Part shown: positions 60,434 through 64,000 of the stretch, in pieces
Layout: every line of letters begins with the position of its first letter
How positions within the stretch are numbered: position 1 is the first letter of the stretch
NCBI GenBank assembly: GCA_964291495.2
Contig: OZ219872.1
Span: forward strand, 608,001 to 672,000
Direction: 5' to 3'
Source: Dehalococcoidia bacterium
GTDB taxonomy: Bacteria; Chloroflexota; Dehalococcoidia; UBA2979
DNA length: 64,000 nucleotides
The notes under the pieces: model-generated
Databases searched by the model: none
Told to the model about the DNA's origin: nothing
The model's input: the letters and a program-made list of their open reading frames with translations, nothing else
Made by a program: the position numbers and the translations under genes

Positions 60434-61801
60434 TCAGTCGATCGCGCTCACGAACAGCGCGGCGAGGCTGAGGAAGACGGCGAAGCCAAGCACGTCCGTC
60501 GCCGTCGTCAGCCAGATCCCGGCCGAGAGCGCGGGGTCCTGGCGGAAGCGCTGGAGGCCCATCGGGATCAGCACCCCGGCGACAACGCCCACGAGCATGT
60601 TGGCGGCGAGCGCGAGGCCGACGATCAGGCCGAGCGCGGCGCTGCCCTGCCAGAGCCAGGCCACCAGGCCGACCGCGACGCCGATCACCACGCCGTTGAT
60701 CAACCCGGTCGCCACCTCGTGCAGCACCACCCGCAGCGTATTGCGCCCCTGCAGCCGTCCGACGGCGAGCGAGCGGATGACGACGGTCAGCGTCTGGATG
60801 CCGGCGTTGCCGCCCTGCCCCGCGACGACCGGCAGGAAGGCCGCGAGCACGGCCACCTGCGCCACCGTGCTCTCGAACAGCGAGACGACGAACCCGGCGA
60901 GCAGCACCGTCACGAGGTTCACGAGCAGCCAGGGCAGCCGGAAGCGCACGGAGCGGAGCACCGATCGCAGGTCCTCGTCCTCGTGGACGCCGACCTGGCG
61001 GAACATGTCCTCGGTCGCCTCGTCCTCCAGCACGTCGATCAGGTCGTCGGCGGTGATCGCGCCGAGCAGGCGCCCGTCGTCATCGACGACGGGCAGGGAG
61101 AGCAGCTTGTAGCGCTTGAACAGGCGCGCGGCCTCCTCCTGGTCAGTCGACGCCGTCACCGACACCACGTCGCGCACGGCGATGTCGCCGATCGGCGTCC
61201 CGGGAGGCGCGATCAGCAGCGAGCGCAGGTTCACGACTCCCCCGAGGCGGCCATCCGCGTCGGTCACATAGATGTAGAAGGGCTGTGTTGCGTCGGGGCG
61301 GAGCGCGCGCAGCTCGTCGATCGCCTCGCCGGCTAGGCGATGGGGCGGCATCGCGATGCGCTGCCCTGTCATGCGGCCGCCGGCGCTCTCCTCCTCGTGG
61401 GCCATGAGGTGATCGATCGCGTGCTGCTGCCGCTCGGAGAGGGCGGCCAGCACCTGCCCACCGATCTCCTCCGGGAGGTCCTGGACGATGTCCGTCGCCA
61501 CGTCGTCGTCGACCACGTCCAGCACCCGCGCGATGCGTTCCGGCGCGAGGCCGACGAGCAGGTCCTCGCGGTAGTGCGGCTCCAGGTAGGCGATCGCGGC
61601 GCCCAGCTCGCGCGGCGCCAGGCGCTCCACGAGCAGCTCGCTGACCTCGTGATCGATGCCCGCGAAGGCGTCCGCCAGCTGGGCGGGGTGCAGCTCGCGG
61701 GCGAGCGTGAGCGCGCCGAGCTGGTCCCCGGCGTCGATGCGCCGCGCCATCGCCGCGGCGGGATCGAAGGCGGGTGCGCGGTCGGTGGTCTCGAGGGTCA
61801 T
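60434..61801 (-). CDS. mgtE: Magnesium transporter MgtE
   Basis: CBS pair, EATED, RLPWL, GGNAGIQ, DPA, TTATD. Confidence 0.92.
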   Translation of the reverse strand: MTLETTDRAPAFDPAAAMARRIDAGDQLGALTLARELHPAQLADAFAGIDHEVSELLVERLAPRELGAAIAYLEPHYREDLLVGLAPERIARVLDVVDDDVATDIVQDLPEEIGGQVLAALSERQQHAIDHLMAHEEESAGGRMTGQRIAMPPHRLAGEAIDELRALRPDATQPFYIYVTDADGRLGGVVNLRSLLIAPPGTPIGDIAVRDVVSVTASTDQEEAARLFKRYKLLSLPVVDDDGRLLGAITADDLIDVLEDEATEDMFRQVGVHEDEDLRSVLRSVRFRLPWLLVNLVTVLLAGFVVSLFESTVAQVAVLAAFLPVVAGQGGNAGIQTLTVVIRSLAVGRLQGRNTLRVVLHEVATGLINGVVIGVAVGLVAWLWQGSAALGLIVGLALAANMLVGVVAGVLIPMGLQRFRQDPALSAGIWLTTATDVLGFAVFLSLAALFVSAID

Positions 61802-61855
61802 CGGAACGGCCTCATGCGGCGATTGTCAGCAGCGAGCTGCGCCGGTCCCCGCCCG

Positions 61856-62326
61856 TCAGCGGCCGCCGCCGAAGAAGCGGCGCACGGAGCCCCAGGCCCC
61901 GCCTCCGCCGCGTCCCCCGAGGCCGTCGAGGAAGTTGCCCCAGGCGACCTCGGCGGAGGCGGAGCGCTGCAGGCCGCGCACGCGCTCGTCGATGATGTCG
62001 CGCACGCGTCCCTCCTCGCCGGCATCGAGCCAGAAGCCATGCTCCTCGCGGCAGGTGTCGAGCTCCAGGTCGTAGGCGCGGTAGTTGAAGGCGGCCATCC
62101 GGTCGCCGCAGACGGGGCAGTCCAGATCGGAGTCGCGCTCCGCGAAGCGGATCGTGCCGCGGCGATCGTCCTCGTCGGCCCTCGTCGCCTCGAGGTCGTC
62201 GAGCTCGTGATGGTCCAGCCAGCGCCCGTTGCAGATGCCGCAGTGGTCGACCTCGATGCCGTGCATGTGCTCGACGATCAGCTCGGCGCCGTCTCGCGGG
62301 CACTGCAGGGCGGGGTGCGGCGACAT
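61856..62326 (-). CDS. Double zf-TFIIB zinc-ribbon protein
   Basis: CPRD..VDHCGICNGRWLDHHEL and CPVC..LDTCREEHGFWLDAGE. Confidence 0.8.
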   Translation of the reverse strand: MSPHPALQCPRDGAELIVEHMHGIEVDHCGICNGRWLDHHELDDLEATRADEDDRRGTIRFAERDSDLDCPVCGDRMAAFNYRAYDLELDTCREEHGFWLDAGEEGRVRDIIDERVRGLQRSASAEVAWGNFLDGLGGRGGGGAWGSVRRFFGGGR

Positions 62327-62466
62327 GCTCGGCCTCGATTCGGAGAGCGTCCCGGAGGGCTCCGGCCGCCCTGCCGGGGTGGCGCTCGGCGGCGCGGTCC
62401 GGTATCTCTCAGTCTACCAGCGCGGCCGGCCAGCCTCCGCCGCCGCGCCTCTGAGAGGATGCGAGC

Positions 62467-62970
62467 ATGACCACCAGTTCGTCCGGCATCGATACCCGCA
62501 TGTTCCGCGATGTCTGCGGCAACTTCGCGACCGGCGTCTCCGTGGTCACGATGGTCGGCGGCGACGGCCCGCGAGGGCTGACCGCGAACGCGATCTCCGC
62601 GCTCTCGCTGGACCCGACGCTGTTCCTCGTCTGCGTCGACCTGGGGGCCACCTCCTACCCGGTGATCGACCAGGCCGGCAAGTTCGCGATCAACCTCCTC
62701 GCCGAGGACCAGGAGGCCGTCTCCAACTTCTTCGCCGGCACCACCCCGCCCGACAACCCGATGGGCGACAACGAGTACCGGATGAGCGACCTCGGATCGC
62801 CGCTGATCGAGGGCTCCCTCGCCTGGCTGGACTGCCGCACGCACAGCATCCTCGACGGCGGCGACCACAAGATCTTCGTCGGCGAGGTCGCCAGCTGCGA
62901 GATCGTCCGCCCGGACGCGGACCCGTTGCTCTTCTTCCGCGGCAAGTACCGCGCCATCGCCCCACAGTAG
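62467..62970 (+). CDS. Flavin reductase (HpaC/HsaB-like)
   Basis: FRDVCGNFATGVSVVT, SLDP, GDHKIFVG, PLLFFRGKY. Confidence 0.9.
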   Translation: MTTSSSGIDTRMFRDVCGNFATGVSVVTMVGGDGPRGLTANAISALSLDPTLFLVCVDLGATSYPVIDQAGKFAINLLAEDQEAVSNFFAGTTPPDNPMGDNEYRMSDLGSPLIEGSLAWLDCRTHSILDGGDHKIFVGEVASCEIVRPDADPLLFFRGKYRAIAPQ

Positions 62971-63068
62971 CCTCCACGGCGCAGCCGGGGCGGCCTCGCG
63001 TCCCTCGCCGGTGAGTGCGGGGCGCTGATACACTCGATCGGCGCGGCCCGCGGGCCGCGGCTCTGCGT

Positions 63069-63146
63069 GGTGGGTGTCGCCTAGCGGTCAAAGGCGCCAG
63101 GTTGTGGCCCTGGAGATCGGGGGTTCAAATCCCCTCACCCACCCCA
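63069..63146 (+). tRNA. tRNA-His (GTG)
   Basis: G-1 + GTGGGTG/CACCCAC acceptor, C discriminator, CCA; anticodon arm CCAGG-TTGTGGC-CCTGG; TG-n-TACACT -10 at 63026-63034. Confidence 0.93.
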
Positions 63147-63206
63147 TCCATCGCACTGCTCGGGCTTGCGGCGACTGGCGCTCCGCTCGCATGGACGGGA
63201 ACCCTG

Positions 63207-64000
63207 ATGCGACCAGCGCTCGCCGCCGGCGCGGCCGTGCTCGCCCTTCTCCTCGCAGCGCTGATCGCCGCCTGCCAGGATGGCGAGGAGCCGGCGCCCG
63301 AGCCGTCCGCGGCCGATGCCGAAGCGGGAGCCGCGATCGCCGCCCGCCTGATGACCGTCGGCGAACCGATCGGCACCATCGTCGAGTCGCGGTCCGCGGC
63401 GATCGTCCCGGGCCTGCAGGTGGCGCTGAACCCGACGATCGTCGCCGTGATCTCGAGCGCCGTCGAGGCCGCCGACGAGCGGCTCACCTCGATTGCCGAG
63501 GTCGCGGGAATGGAGCCCGCTGCCTTCGCCGAGCTGTGGGAGGCCGACCGCAACGACGCCTTCGCGCGCTTCGCCGCGGCCATCGCAGCCACCGAGGATC
63601 CGGCCGCCACCGCCGACGACCTGTTCATCGACCTGCCCGTCGCGCTGCCCGTGCATCCCGAGGGTGAGCTCCTCGGCTCGGTGGTGACGCGGCGGACGAC
63701 CGGCGAGCTGGCGTTCTTCATCGTGTACGACACGCCGGGCCCGCAAATCGATGCGGAGCGGCTCGTCGGCGAGCAGGTCGATCAGTCTCCGTGGCAGGTG
63801 ACGGGCGCGCGCTCGAACGAGGACCTGGGCTTCTTCCAGTTCCAGAACACGATCAGCGCCGACGTCAGCGGCTTCGCCTGGATCCTGCCGCGCACGCCGG
63901 ATCCCTCGGCAGCCGACGCAACCGGGGCGGACGGGAGCGGCGACGGCGACGCCGCCGAGGATGGCGACGCGGCCAGCACGGAGTCCGGCCCCGCCTCGAC
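63207..64000 (+). CDS. Hypothetical lipoprotein, truncated at window end (missing from ORF track)
   Basis: MRPALAAGAAVLALLLAALIAAC lipobox; frame stays open to 64000 with GC3-rich codons. Confidence 0.7.
   Translation, partial: MRPALAAGAAVLALLLAALIAACQDGEEPAPEPSAADAEAGAAIAARLMTVGEPIGTIVESRSAAIVPGLQVALNPTIVAVISSAVEAADERLTSIAEVAGMEPAAFAELWEADRNDAFARFAAAIAATEDPAATADDLFIDLPVALPVHPEGELLGSVVTRRTTGELAFFIVYDTPGPQIDAERLVGEQVDQSPWQVTGARSNEDLGFFQFQNTISADVSGFAWILPRTPDPSAADATGADGSGDGDAAEDGDAASTESGPAS

Noticed and set aside
61802-62466. Mg2+ (M-box) riboswitch for mgtE
   Set aside because: Only 54 nt separate mgtE from the upstream gene and no recognisable motif was seen; an Rfam scan would be decisive
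63069-63206. tRNA-His or tRNA-Sec as island integration sites
   Set aside because: No integrase, no duplicated tRNA 3' end noticed, and downstream GC is unchanged

Overview
High-GC (about 70%) bacterial chromosomal window. Gene content suggests Chloroflexota, Dehalococcoidia/SAR202- or Tepidiforma-like; this is inference only. The core block holds the complete F1Fo ATP synthase operon (atpZ-B-E-F-H-A-G-D-C), murA, mreB/mbl, murI, pyrF, rex, pabB/pabC-like genes, a MoxR-DUF58-DUF4129 cluster, mgtE, tag, tRNA-His and tRNA-Sec. It is interleaved with an expanded acyl-CoA catabolic repertoire: 6 family III CoA-transferase genes (8 domains), enoyl-CoA hydratases, two thiolase-fold proteins, DUF35, a double MaoC protein and a flavin monooxygenase/reductase. 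Main points: (1) a selenocysteine formate dehydrogenase hidden in the ORF track as two ORFs (in-frame UGA plus SECIS, with selC in the same window), split so that its N-terminal Fe-S part is a separate gene at the end of the operon; (2) two copies of a ~250-bp non-autonomous element with terminal inverted repeats and REP-like hairpins; (3) a re-partitioned ChsH1/ChsH2/DUF35/Ltp2-like hydratase-aldolase module; (4) a secreted protein with three gluzincin-like repeats, only the middle one with HExxH; (5) signal-peptide-like extensions on ATP synthase subunits b and c; (6) Cys-to-Asp MurA; (7) a frameshifted thermonuclease; (8) a low-GC single-gene insert; (9) candidate Rex operators and leaderless promoters. 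No CRISPR array, integrase, transposase or rRNA was seen. All calls come from reading motifs by eye; no database search was run.
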